Part shown: one piece after another, positions 13,395 through 24,007 of the stretch | Layout of the letters: the number at the start of each line of letters is the position of its first letter | Position numbering within the stretch: position 1 is the stretch's first letter | NCBI GenBank assembly: GCA_013265495.1 | Contig: MU058444.1 | Span: 2,666,001-2,730,000 of the forward strand | Reading direction: 5' to 3' | Length of the DNA: 64,000 nucleotides | DNA from: Vicugna vicugna | Taxonomy: Eukaryota | Program-made: the position numbers and the translations under genes | The notes under the pieces: generated by a model | Database searches by the model: none | What the model was told of the DNA's origin: nothing | The model's input: only the letters and a program-made list of their open reading frames with translations

Positions 13395-13822
13395 TTCTTT
13401 GCAGCAACGTGGATGGATCTGGAGATGATCATACTGAGTGAGGTAATTCAGACAAAGACAAATATCATATGATAGCACTTGTAGGTTATAGGAATCTAAA
13501 AAAATGACACAAATAAACTTACTTACAAAATGGAAACAGACTCACAGACACAGAAAACAAACTTGCGGTTACCAAAGCGGGGAGATGGGGAGGGAGGGAC
13601 AGATTAGGAATTTGGGATTAGCGGATACAAACTACTATATATAAAATACCTAAACAACAAAGACCTACTGTATAGCACAGGGAACTATACTCAATATCTT
13701 ATAATAGCCTATAATGAAAAAGAACATGAAAAAGAATATATATATAACTGAATCACTATGCTGTACACCAGAAACCAATACAACATTGTGAATCAATGAT
13801 ATTTCAATTAAAAAAAAAAAGA
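13395..13822 (+). mobile_element. 5'-truncated L1 3' end with poly(A), inserted in an older LTR-like element
   Basis: gcagcaacgtggatggatctggag (ORF2 end) through poly(A); near-TSD aagagacagatgg 13382-13394 / aagaggccgatgg 13823-13835. Confidence 0.85.
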
Positions 13823-14364
13823 AAGAGGCCGATGGCACACTCAAAACAGGCTAATTCAACAGTGGTTTTTTGCAGACTATTTACAAAGGTGTGGGAGCAG
13901 GGAACCATATGGATGGACAGTGCGATCAAGAAGGGCTTCAGTGAAGTCAGCATGTGACTGTGTGGAGAACTGAAAGGAAAAGGGAAGGGAGTCCTTTTGA
14001 ATTGGGCACCTTGAGGTGAGCAGTGACAGGATGAGGGACACAGGCAGCCCTGAGGGGAGGCAGCTGGGGGTCCTCATTGTCTCACCTTCTTCTCTCCTTC
14101 CCACCTCCTGCTGGGGCTCTAGAATTGCCTTTAGAAGTTCTGGAAGCAGACAGCATAGAAGGGCGATTCACATAGGCCAGGAGCAGGGTCAAGAGTGAGT
14201 GTGTGTGGTGAGGGGTGGAACTGAAGATATCTGGCACGTAGATGCAGTCTCCTGGGATGTGCTTCTTCAGTTAACACTATGTTTTTGAGACTCATCAGTG
14301 TTGATGTGTTTCACTGTAGTTCACTCAGTCTTACTGTTGTTTTGTATATTCTACTGTGTGAATC

Positions 14365-14795
14365 TGAGACAGGCTGCAGTACTTGCACCTGGACAAATGT
14401 CTCCTGGAGCAACAGAACACAAAGAAACTATGAGGGATTAAAATTAACCATGTGCATGCACAATTGGGGCAAATAATGAACATCAAGATACAAAAAGACC
14501 AAAAACCCAGCTGCCATTTCTGAGGTGTCAGGAGCAAAAGCAGGGGACTGGGCATGATCCCTGCACACAGCCCCACCGAGGGGGTCGGCCGGCGTCCTAA
14601 GCCACCGCTCTGGCTCCACCCCTCCCTCACCCCATCTAAGGGACCAGCTCGCCCCAAATCGGGGAGCAAGCCTGTTACTTGTTTTTGCTCCCTCTTACCG
14701 CAGCATGAGTCCCAGTGAAGCCTCGCCTGAACTTCTCATCTGGCCTCTCATCAATTTCTATTGATTAAGGAGTCCAAGAACCCTGGCCGGTAACA
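14365..14795 (+). mobile_element. ERV solo LTR (ERV1-like, 431 bp)
   Basis: TG...CA termini, near-4-bp TSD aatc/aatg, interrupts an older antisense L1M fragment; subfamily not assigned. Confidence 0.7.
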
Positions 14796-15369
14796 AATGG
14801 ACTGTATTTGTAATTTATTTACCATTTTCCTGATGTTGGGTAGTTTCCAGTGTTTTACTGTTTTAATGTTGCTATGAGCATTCTTGTCAGTGGTTTTTGA
14901 TGTCTATGTACTAAACTGTCTCTAGAGAATGTACTCAGAGTAAAACTACTCTAACTGGGACAAAGAATCCAATTTATTGGATGAGGCCAAATTGTTTCCA
15001 AAGTAGTTTCATCAACTCATACTTCTACTGGCAGTATACGAGTTCCTAGTCAACACGGTATTTTCAGATGAAAAAATCTTTGTTCATCTGGTGGGTGTAC
15101 AATATTCATCTCATTCTGAGTTTAATTTGCATTCCCCCAATTACTAATGTGGTTGAATGCATTTTCATACTTTGATTGGTCATTCATTTCCCATGTTGTG
15201 AAACATTCGTTTAGGGTTTTTTTTTTTTGCCCTCTTTTCTATTGTGTGTTTACCTTTCTCTTATTGCTTATATTCTGATAACAACCCCATGTTAATTCTT
15301 TCTGACAATTTTTCTCAACTTTCAGATCATTTAAAATATGCATGTTTATGCGCTTTTGAAAGTTAAGTT

Positions 15370-15673
15370 AGAATGACATCACTTGTCATTCTAAGTGAAG
15401 TAAGCCAGAAAGAGAAAGAAAAATACCATATGAGATCGCTCATATGTGGAATCTAAAAAACAAAAACAAAGCATAAATACAGGACAGAAATGGACTCATG
15501 GACAGAGAATACAGACTTGTGGTTACCGGGGGGGGGAGGGTAGAGGGTGGGAAGGGATAGACTGGGATTTCAAAATTGTAGAACAGATAAACAAGATTAC
15601 ACTGTATAGCACAGGGAAATATACACAAAATGTTATGATAAATCACAGAGAAAAAAATGTGACAATGAGTGTA
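15370..15673 (+). mobile_element. Tail-less L1 3' fragment between 105-bp direct repeats
   Basis: gtcattctaagtgaagtaagccag...tactgtatagcacaggg-like body; repeats at 15265-15369 and 15674-15778. Confidence 0.9.
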
Positions 15674-18600
15674 TGCTTATATTCTGATAACAACCCCATG
15701 TTAATTCTTTCTGACAATTTTTCTCAACTTTCAGATCATTTAAAATATGCATGTTTATGTGCTTTTGAAAGTTAAGTTTTTAATTTTAATGTACTTAACG
15801 TTATCAAAACTTTTTTTAATTTGTGCTTTTAAAAAAGAAAGTGTGTTAAAATATATATAGCACAAAATTTACCATTTTAAAGCGCACAATTAAGTATATT
15901 CACATTGTCGTGCAGCCATCTTCACTATCCGTCTTCCTGTTTGTGCTTTTAAAAAATGGTTTCTTTAAGAAATTCTTTGCTACATCAAGACTATCTATAT
16001 ATTTGTTCTAAATTCTTAGTTTTGCCATTCACATTTAAGTCATTAAATCATCTGGAATTGATTTTTGATTATAGGGGGAGGTAGGAAATACTTTCCCCCC
16101 ACAGCCAATGGTTCCAGCACCATTTAGAACTGCCATCTTTTCTCTGTTGATTTGTAGGTGGACCTGTCATATACTAGGCTGCTTCACAGCTGTGGGTCCA
16201 TTTTTGGGTTCCTTGTACTGTTCCAGGGGTTGGTTTGTCTATTCCTAGACCAATATCCTATTGTCTTAAATACTGTGGAGTTATGATAAGCCTTCCATCT
16301 GCCTGAAATGCTCGTCTCCTAAAGACGCACATGACTAAATCCTTTATTTTCTGCTGGTCTCTGCTTCAGGGTTGTGTTCTTAACCAGCCTTTCCTGGCTA
16401 CCCTTTCTAATATATCAGTACCTCCTCTAAAATCTTAATATCCTCTTCCCCTGTTTATTTCCCAGTCTAGCATTTCTTATTCAATACAGTAATGCATACA
16501 GTTCTCTTGTTTATTCTTTCTCTTTCCCACTAGAATATAAGGTTTATGAGGGCAGAGATTTTGGCTGTTTCATCACTCTTGTACCCCAGGCACAGAAGAC
16601 CTTGTCTGGCACTTAGCAGGCATTTGATTACTATTCCTGGAACAAGTTACGTGATGTTGATATATAGAAGGGCACCCCTCCCTCTTTGTACTTCCCTTTA
16701 AGATACGCTTTATCTCTAGTTCTCTTGCTTCTTGATGTTAGACTAATAAAAGCAATATGAAAGAAAGGGAAAAAGAACAAAGTTTCAGGTTTCTCCCCAG
16801 AGGTGGGTAGTGAAATAGAAAAGGGTGGGAGGATCAGGGTGGACAGAGTTGGACTGACACACAGTTTAGCCCTGGCAGCCAAGACGCGTATAAATCGCAG
16901 GCTCCAAGCCCACAACCAGAGTCTGGGTAAGAGTGCTTTAGCTTTTATGGGCTGGCTATTCTGCTGAAGATGCCTCCTGTTCCCGTTTTTCACAGAGGGC
17001 GGGCAGAGCTGGCAGGACCTACAGTTTATAGTGTCCTCACTGGGTGAGGAAACTTACCAGGCCTTTGGGTTTTAAGGGGACACACCCTGCAAGCGTGGCA
17101 ATGACCATCTCGGCTGTGCGTGTGACCCACGACCGGCCAGGACTCCTGGAGCTGGAGTCGTCTAAGGGTGAAAGCTCGGTGGGGCAGTCTGCCGGCGGCT
17201 GGGTAGCACCGGGGCAGGCCTGGAATTGAGCAGTGATGATTCACGGAAATTCCCTCAGAGAAGGTACTCTGGGCTTTATTCCAGGCCAAACTGGGGAGCC
17301 AAGTCATTCTGGAAGGAATGTGTACAACGTTTTCAGATGAGGACTTGAAGTTTTATAGGCTGGAATCATATTTGATTCAAACCATCTGTTGACCATCAAG
17401 CTGAACCCATCACTTTTTTCCCTCCATCTCTTACATCAGCTCAGGATAATAAATATTTACTGAGGGCCCATGGAGTGCCACCAGGCACCAGGGTTATAAA
17501 GGTGAATGACACAGTGGTCCTTGTTTTTGAGACGGTTATGGTCTTGTGGAAGTAAAAGCTATATGTTTATATGTGTTTCCTCTCCCTGATTGTAAGGTTG
17601 GGGGTCTGTAATTTATATATAATTTATATCACAGTTGCCCAGAGCTGGTCAGTCCATTTTTGTTGATGAAATAAACATATGGAGGGCTTCCAGTGATTTA
17701 TCAAGTATGGCTCTCCAGTTGTACAGCATTGTTGTTCATTCTTGGTACTGTGGTATGTAGATTTCGTATTGCAGTCACCTCTAGATACAGAGAGCCTTCT
17801 TCGCTGAGAGGCAGTGGCTAAAGCTGTGACATGAGAAAACAATAAAGATGCTAAAATAGCTGAAACAGAAAAAGGCTATTTTGTACCCCAAGAATTAACG
17901 TAGATGATGAAAAGGCAGTTCTTAATGTGACATGCTCAGTAAGCTCTCGGTAATGTCAAACATGAGCATATTTTTCCAGTTCTCTCTGAGATGGTCATAA
18001 AATTACATTCACAGCCTCATCTTTTAATTTGGAAGATACCATGGCAGGCACTTCAGGGATCAGAAAAACAGAAAAAAGAGCTTAGAATTTGGTAGTGTTT
18101 CTTAACCAGCCATACATGTATTCACAAGCCTTTTGAAAGAGTGAACAAAGTTGGTGGGTGGGTGCATTTTTCTGAGGAGTGCATTCATCAGATCATCCTG
18201 TGGCTCTTGTCCCCCAAAGATGAAGACCCTCTGTCATACGTGGGGTGTAGCTAGAGAAAGAATTATGGATTATGGAAGTATTGAGGGTTTAAACCAGGAG
18301 CAACTCGGGTGGTATAAGCAAAGGCCCAATAGGATGGAAGAAGGTAGCAATGACGACTGACCGACCGACCGACCGACCTCGGTATTGAAGGACAGGCAGG
18401 ATTCCAACAGGAGGGAGGTGGCAGGGCTCCGGAAGTGGGGAGGTCACCAGAAAGACAGACATAGTGTGGGGAGTGCAAGGCCTTCTTTGGGGAAGAGCTG
18501 GTAGTTCAATGCATAAGCTAGGGGGTGGGGAATCCATAGGCAATAAAGTCATCAAATCTTGGGGCCATGCTGTGGGAAGCTTTCAAGTGTTTGCTGAATG

Positions 18601-18775
18601 ATTAAAATAGAACTTTAAAAATACCGCCAGATGGTTCACTGTCAGTGTCTTAGCTGCCACGAATGTAAACATTTTAATGTTTCCAACAGACTGTTTTAAA
18701 TTATCCAAAGAAGTGTTTAATATCAATAATTACATAGGGGCATTGACATTTATGTTTAAAGAGGACCAGTTTAAG

Positions 18776-18854
18776 TTGGGGAGGGTATAGGTCAAGAGGT
18801 AGAGTGCATGCTTAGCACGCAGGAGGTCCTAGGTTCAATCCCTAGTACCTCCTC

Positions 18855-18886
<32 letters not shown>

Positions 18887-18934
18887 AAACCTAATTACCT
18901 CTCCCTAAAAGTTGAAAAAAAAATAAAAAGGTAA
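18776..18934 (+). mobile_element. tRNA-Ala-derived SINE (Vic-1-like) with (TAAA)n
   Basis: TSD aaagaggaccagt(t/g)taag at 18758-18775 and 18935-18952; tRNA-like head. Confidence 0.9.
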
Positions 18935-20044
18935 AAAGAGGACCAGTGTAAGACCAGACTGAAGATACAGCCAAGAAAAGTAGAAACAAGAATAGTGCAG
19001 ACATTTTAGGTGTATCTTGCACCTAAAATTTGATCAGGATGAGTAACACATGCGTAGGTTGTATAAAGGGGGTAGGAAAGGGATTGGTGCACATCTGGAG
19101 GGGAGGAGTTGCAGGGAGCAGCCTACTTGCAGAGTCAGAGGCACTGCAGAAAACTGTGTGCTCTTTTTACAAATTGGGATCATATGGCATACATAGTTTT
19201 ATGTATTCTGCTGTTAGCTTTGCAGCATCCTGAATATTTTCCCAGGTCAATATTCTTCAAAAACATGTATTTTGAAAGTCTGTGTAATGTCCCATGATAT
19301 GAATATATCATCATTTATTGACACCTTTTCCTTGGTTTTCACTCTTATAATAGTGTAGTGATGTTCCTTGAAATCAACAAGATTTTGGACAAATAAACAT
19401 TTTTGCGTCTACTTCTGGACAGATTCACGTAAGTGAAATTATCTGGTCAAACTGTATAAATTCTTTTAGGGTTCATAATACATATGTCTATAGTGCACTC
19501 CAGAATTGTAGCACGGCAATCAATTCCTACGTCAGCCCATCATCCTGTGCTTTGCTCAATACTGAGTGTTTTCATTATAAAATCTTTGCCAATTTTGTAG
19601 GGGAAATCTTCTTTGCTGCCAATATTTTTTCACACTTTATCATCAGTATTTTGTCTATGAGTTATCTGTTGTTCCTTTTCCATTTGTGTCTTACGATTTT
19701 TTTTCCGATTTAGTTTATGTAAGTTCTTGATGGTATTAGCCTTTTGAGATAATATTACGGTCAACCTTTCCCCCATTTTGATGACTGCAAATTTTTTTGG
19801 TTTTTTTAGATGCACAACTTTATATTTTATAGTCAAATCTTTAGATACTTTCTTTGTAATTTATTATATTTAGATTACTTCCCTAGCCAGAGATCAGATA
19901 TTCATATAACTGTTCTTATGGTCTGTGCTCCAGGATTTTTCAGGCAGTTCTCATGCTTTCTGGTGTCTTCTGCCCAGGTGATGTTAATTATCTGTCTGAT
20001 ACAAAGAAGGAATTAAGGTGAGGCACTGACGTCATATTAGTGGC

Positions 20045-20240
20045 ATTGGTATAGTGTAGTGGTTAGTAGTGTGGTGTTTGGAGTCAGTCTGGCCCCACCA
20101 CTTAATATGGGATCTTTGAAGTCAGTTACTTTCCCTGCTGTACAGTTTCCTTATCTGTAAAATAGGTTAATAACAGAACTTTTCTCAACTGGTTTCGGGA
20201 ATAAAATGACGTGTAAATCACTTAGAACAAGTCCTGGTAC
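20045..20240 (+). mobile_element. MIR SINE remnant
   Basis: tagtgtagtggttag...cagtttccttatctgtaaaatagg core. Confidence 0.7.
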
Positions 20241-20619
20241 AAGGTCAGCGCCAGCCAGTTTGGTCCATGCTGGGTAGGTGCTCTGAATCTTGGTTCTGTT
20301 TCAGTACAGTCTGCATGTCTAAAATCTGGAACACTGCAAAGCACTCTTCACCGTCAGTCTTCACTACAGCGGCCCATGGCCACTTTCGTAAGCCAGACGC
20401 GCCTCCTGGAGGCCACAAGAGAAGTTTACCCCTAGTTCTGGAAAACCCTCCAGACCATAGTCGGAGAGCTGGTGTGGCTCCAGTCCGCAGCCCCAGATGC
20501 ACTTTCCCCCAGCGCTTTCCACCTGCAGGACTGTACTGCCCAGAGCCTGATCTACTTTCTGCAGACTGGGAGCGATTTCTGTATGCACGTATGCGTGCAT
20601 TCACTCATTCATTTTAGTT

Positions 20620-21680
20620 CCCTGCAGATACTCTGCGGGGAGTCCACCACGCACGGGGCGTTGCTGGACATAGACTCTGTCCTCGTCCAAGAGAAGCAGA
20701 CCACGCATCGTACGCAGATGGGCAGAATAGCCAAGACCTAGCTCCGGGTTGCTCATCTGTAAGATGAGGGCAATACGACCCACCCTACAGGCAGAGCCCC
20801 TGGCATACAGCCGGGCGCAGTAACAGGGCCGGGGGACGCCCGCTCTCCGCCCACCACCCAGACCCGGCGACCCGATGGGTCTCTGTCAGCGCCCGACCAC
20901 TTCCCGTCGGGCCGCTCCGGCGCGCGCGGACGCTCGCCGCCAGCTTTCCAGTACCCAACTGTCAACCGTCCAAAGTAGGCGACTGCACGCACGGAAGCGC
21001 AGCTAGAAACGCACACTCTAGGAGACTCCCTAAACCTGGCGCAGTGACGAAACCCCTTGCGGCGACCAGAGGCACCCTCCCTTTTTACCGGACTCGCATG
21101 AGACCGGAAGCGGAAGCAGCTGGAGCACAAAGCCCGCCCTCCGAGGCCTCGCCCACAGCGGGCGCTGCTTCCGCTTCCGGTCCCGTACGAACTCTCCCGC
21201 CAAGCGGTAAAGGGGCAGTTTTCGTGTGTGTTTGTGTGTGTTTCCTCGTTCAGTGCGGGTGCAGGTACGGAAACTCCCGCGGGTTTGCGACGCACAGTAA
21301 TGCCGGCTTTAAGGTTTGCGAGTCCTGTAAAAAGGGAGGGCAGTCTGGGGTGACGGGCGCAGTACCCAGTATTGGTCCAGTATCGGTCCAGTATCGGTTG
21401 CTTGTCCGGGCAGAGACGCCGGCGCCGGTGGGCTGGCAGACGGCCCCGCCGGGGGAGGGGTCGTCACCGGGAACCTGGATGCCCCTCGGAGGAGTTCCCG
21501 GAGGCGGGGCTTGGAAGCCAGTTGTCCGCTTCCCAGGTTCTCAAAGTAGAAAGCGAGTCAGTGGACCCGGTCCGCTAAGTCTCCTGTCTAGCCGGAACCT
21601 ACCGCGGTTTCGTCCGAACTGAGGATTGCAACCTTTTGGACATCTCATCGTTGCTCCTGAGACTGCGGAGACCTAAGGGC
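20620..21680. promoter_or_regulatory. CpG island / TATA-less promoter of PRIM2
   Basis: Dense CpG and high GC against a CpG-depleted background; tandem ETS/GABP motifs CCGGAAGCGGAAG (21104-21116) and the inverse (21168-21180); E2F-like CTCCCGC motifs near 21194 and 21274; GGCGCGCGCGG near 20920. Boundaries approximate. Confidence 0.9.
21150..21264 (+). other. PRIM2: PRIM2 non-coding exon 1 (5' UTR), start approximate
   Basis: Lies in the CpG island and ends at GCAG|GTACGG (21264/21265). The stretch CTTCCGCTTCCGG..GAACTCTCCCGCCA resembles my recollection of the human PRIM2 5' UTR. An alternative donor GCG|GTAAAG is at 21206/21207. Confidence 0.65.
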
Positions 21681-21978
21681 GGTGGCACCTGACATTGATG
21701 TTGCTGGAAGTTAGGACCCCTACCTGCTTCTCCCCCAGCTCGCACCTCTCCCCACCCCCGTCACGCAGTTGTTATCAGGTGTATTGTCCCAAATCAGGAA
21801 AGTACAGAAGGCATCACTCTGGGTTACTGCTGTTAACATTTTGTGCATGCTCTTAAAACTCAGTTTTTTTTTTCCTGTGGATGTGGAGTTATTTTTTGCA
21901 TTTTTTGTCTGTTTTTTGTTTTTAACTCAACTTTCCATCATTTTAACCATTTGATGTGCTTCCTTCCAAGGTAATAAG

Positions 21979-22132
21979 ATGGAGTTTTCAGGAGTAAAGC
22001 GGAGGAAACCGAGGCTGGTAGATAACCAGAAGAACGCTTGCTACCCACATAGCCTTCAGTTTTACTTGCAGCCCCCTTCTGAAAACATATCTTTGATAGA
22101 GTTTGAAAACTTGGCTATCGATAGAGTTAAAT
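21979..22132 (+). CDS. PRIM2: PRIM2 exon 2 coding part (exon probably starts 21971), MEFSG...IDRVK
   Basis: Acceptor tccttccaag at 21961-21970; ATG at 21979 in context AAGATGG; donor GTGAGT at 22133; 154 coding nt, phase 1. Confidence 0.96.
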
Positions 22133-22259
22133 GTGAGTGATTTGAATTTGAATTTATCTGTTTTCGAGAGCCTCACTTTGTACTTTGTGGGGATGAATTA
22201 GAATAATTTATTTCCTTAATTTAACAAATATATATTCAGAGTTTTCTATTGAGATTTGG

Positions 22260-23280
22260 TATTCATTCATTTATTCAATGTACAGTGCCTATTTATTGAA
22301 TGCCACTGTATTCTAGGTGGCAGGAATTTTGAAATAGAAATAAGAAATAATTCTTATTTCTGTTGAAGCTGTATTCTAGTACATGGAGACAGATGTCCAA
22401 AATGATAATTTAGTATTTTGAGTGCTCTAGTAGAGGCAGATAATAATGCTGTAGAGGTGGGGGTGGTTGACCTAGTCTGATTGAGACTTCTCAAGAGAAG
22501 TTGAAATGGACCTTGAAGGATGAGTAGAAATTTCTCAAAAGAGAGGAAGTGACGGGTTTTTCCAAGCCTAGATAATGGCCTGTGCAAAGACTTGGAGGCA
22601 TGAGAGAGACTGTCATTTTTGAGGGGACAGTGACAAGTTCAGGATAGATGGAGAAGTATGGCTAACTGAGGGCATTTTGTGCCATGCTAATGGTGTAATA
22701 TGGGGGTGTGAGAAGGGTGTGGCAGTTGTACTGTGGGCATTTTTATCTTTTGTGTGTTGGTGGAAGAAAGAAAGAAGCTAGGCGTGACCTGAAACTGCGG
22801 AGTTCATGTTCCGGGATATCCTGGTGGGAAAATCAGAAGGAGAGGTGAGATACTGCTCATCGTTCTTAGAGGAGCAGGGTGAGAACTTTTAGTACAGAGA
22901 GCCAGGCTCAGTAGCTGTTTGCTGAATGAAAGAGGGAAGACAAAGGAGAAAGGGTTTGGGGAAGCTTAGCAGCGTCAGATGCTTCACAGAGGTTACGATG
23001 ATGATTGAAAAGCGCCCCCTTGGGTCTGGCACTTAAGAGGCGAGATAGAGGGGCCTGAACTAAGGCAGTGGCAGTGGCAGCTATAGGAAGGGAGAGATTT
23101 AAGGGATACCGAGGAGGGGTAATGAATGGAATTTGATGACCGCTTGGGTGTCAGGAGGGAGGGGGCAAATGGAGGCGGCAGCAGGTCCTGTGTGGTGATC
23201 TGGTGGCTAGAAACTGCTGGCAGAGTTGGGGATGGCAGGAAGAGGAGGAGACTTAGTTTGATTTGAGTGTGTGTTTATGT
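22260..23280. mobile_element. L2 remnant region
   Basis: cattcattcatttattcaa / atttattgaatgcc L2 3' end signature followed by purine-rich decayed body. Boundaries approximate. Confidence 0.55.
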
Positions 23281-23903
23281 TCTAGAGTCATTTTAGAAGT
23301 TTTTCATTCTTGAATTTTAAAAGTGCCTCTCTTTATGTTGATAGGAGAAGAATTCATCTGAGGAAGGGCTGACAAGGGCGCCAGGAGCCTTTGGACAGTG
23401 TGTTGCGTGTAGTCAGGATGGCTCATTTGGGTGATGGGAGGGCCCTGTGGCTTCCCTGTTGTGACTTCTTCTCTGCTTCTCCAGGAAAGGAAGGGCTGCC
23501 TTTTTTTGATGAGTCTGTGCTTAGTCAGTGAGGCAGACCGCCTCACAGACAGCTCCACGCCAGGGTGCTGGTGTGGACACACTTCTGCATCCCTGGGCAG
23601 TGGTGTTCAGCAGAGCAGTGATGGTCCTCCCATCCCTCTCTCTCTTCTGGTTGAGAATCCCTGGTGTGAGGTTATGCTGTGGGATGTGGGTACTTTCTGC
23701 ACATGGATGGAGATTATCCTCTTATAAACATATAATGTATATAACACGATTGCAGAAAATAGAATTTCCAAATGTCATTTTTTGTAGACAAGTAATTATG
23801 GAATTGCTATCCATAGATTTTATTTGTCTTGGATTTAGTTTTTAAAAACTATCTTGCATCTATACCTTTTTTCCCTTTTGTCTGTTCTTGACATTTTTCC
23901 CAG

Positions 23904-24007
23904 TGCTGAAGTCAGTGGAGAACCTGGGCGTGAGCCATGTGAAGGGAACCGAGCAGTACCAGAGCAAGCTGGAGGCGGAGCTTCGGAAGCTCAAGTTTTC
24001 CTACAGA
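23904..24007 (+). CDS. PRIM2: PRIM2 exon 3, (L)LKSVENLG...KFSYR
   Basis: Polypyrimidine tract plus CAG ending 23903; donor GTGAGT at 24008; 104 nt, phase 1 to 0. Confidence 0.97.

Larger units (their letters stand above)
14240..16310 (-). mobile_element. Ancient antisense L1M ORF2/3' fragment, interrupted by LTR and L1 insertions
   Basis: Degenerate antisense L1 motifs (tttaatttgcattcccc, acatttaagtc...atctggaattgattttt, ttccagcaccattt). Boundaries approximate. Confidence 0.65.

Noticed and set aside
1..20600. An upstream protein-coding gene or processed pseudogene
   Set aside because: No exon-like segment with recognisable protein similarity found by eye; a non-coding or very short exon cannot be excluded.
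21044..21622. 192-aa ORF (and the 180-aa antisense ORF 20753-21295) over the promoter
   Set aside because: Stop-poor because of CpG-island GC content; non-ATG start for 21044; no recognisable domain; crosses the exon 1 donor.
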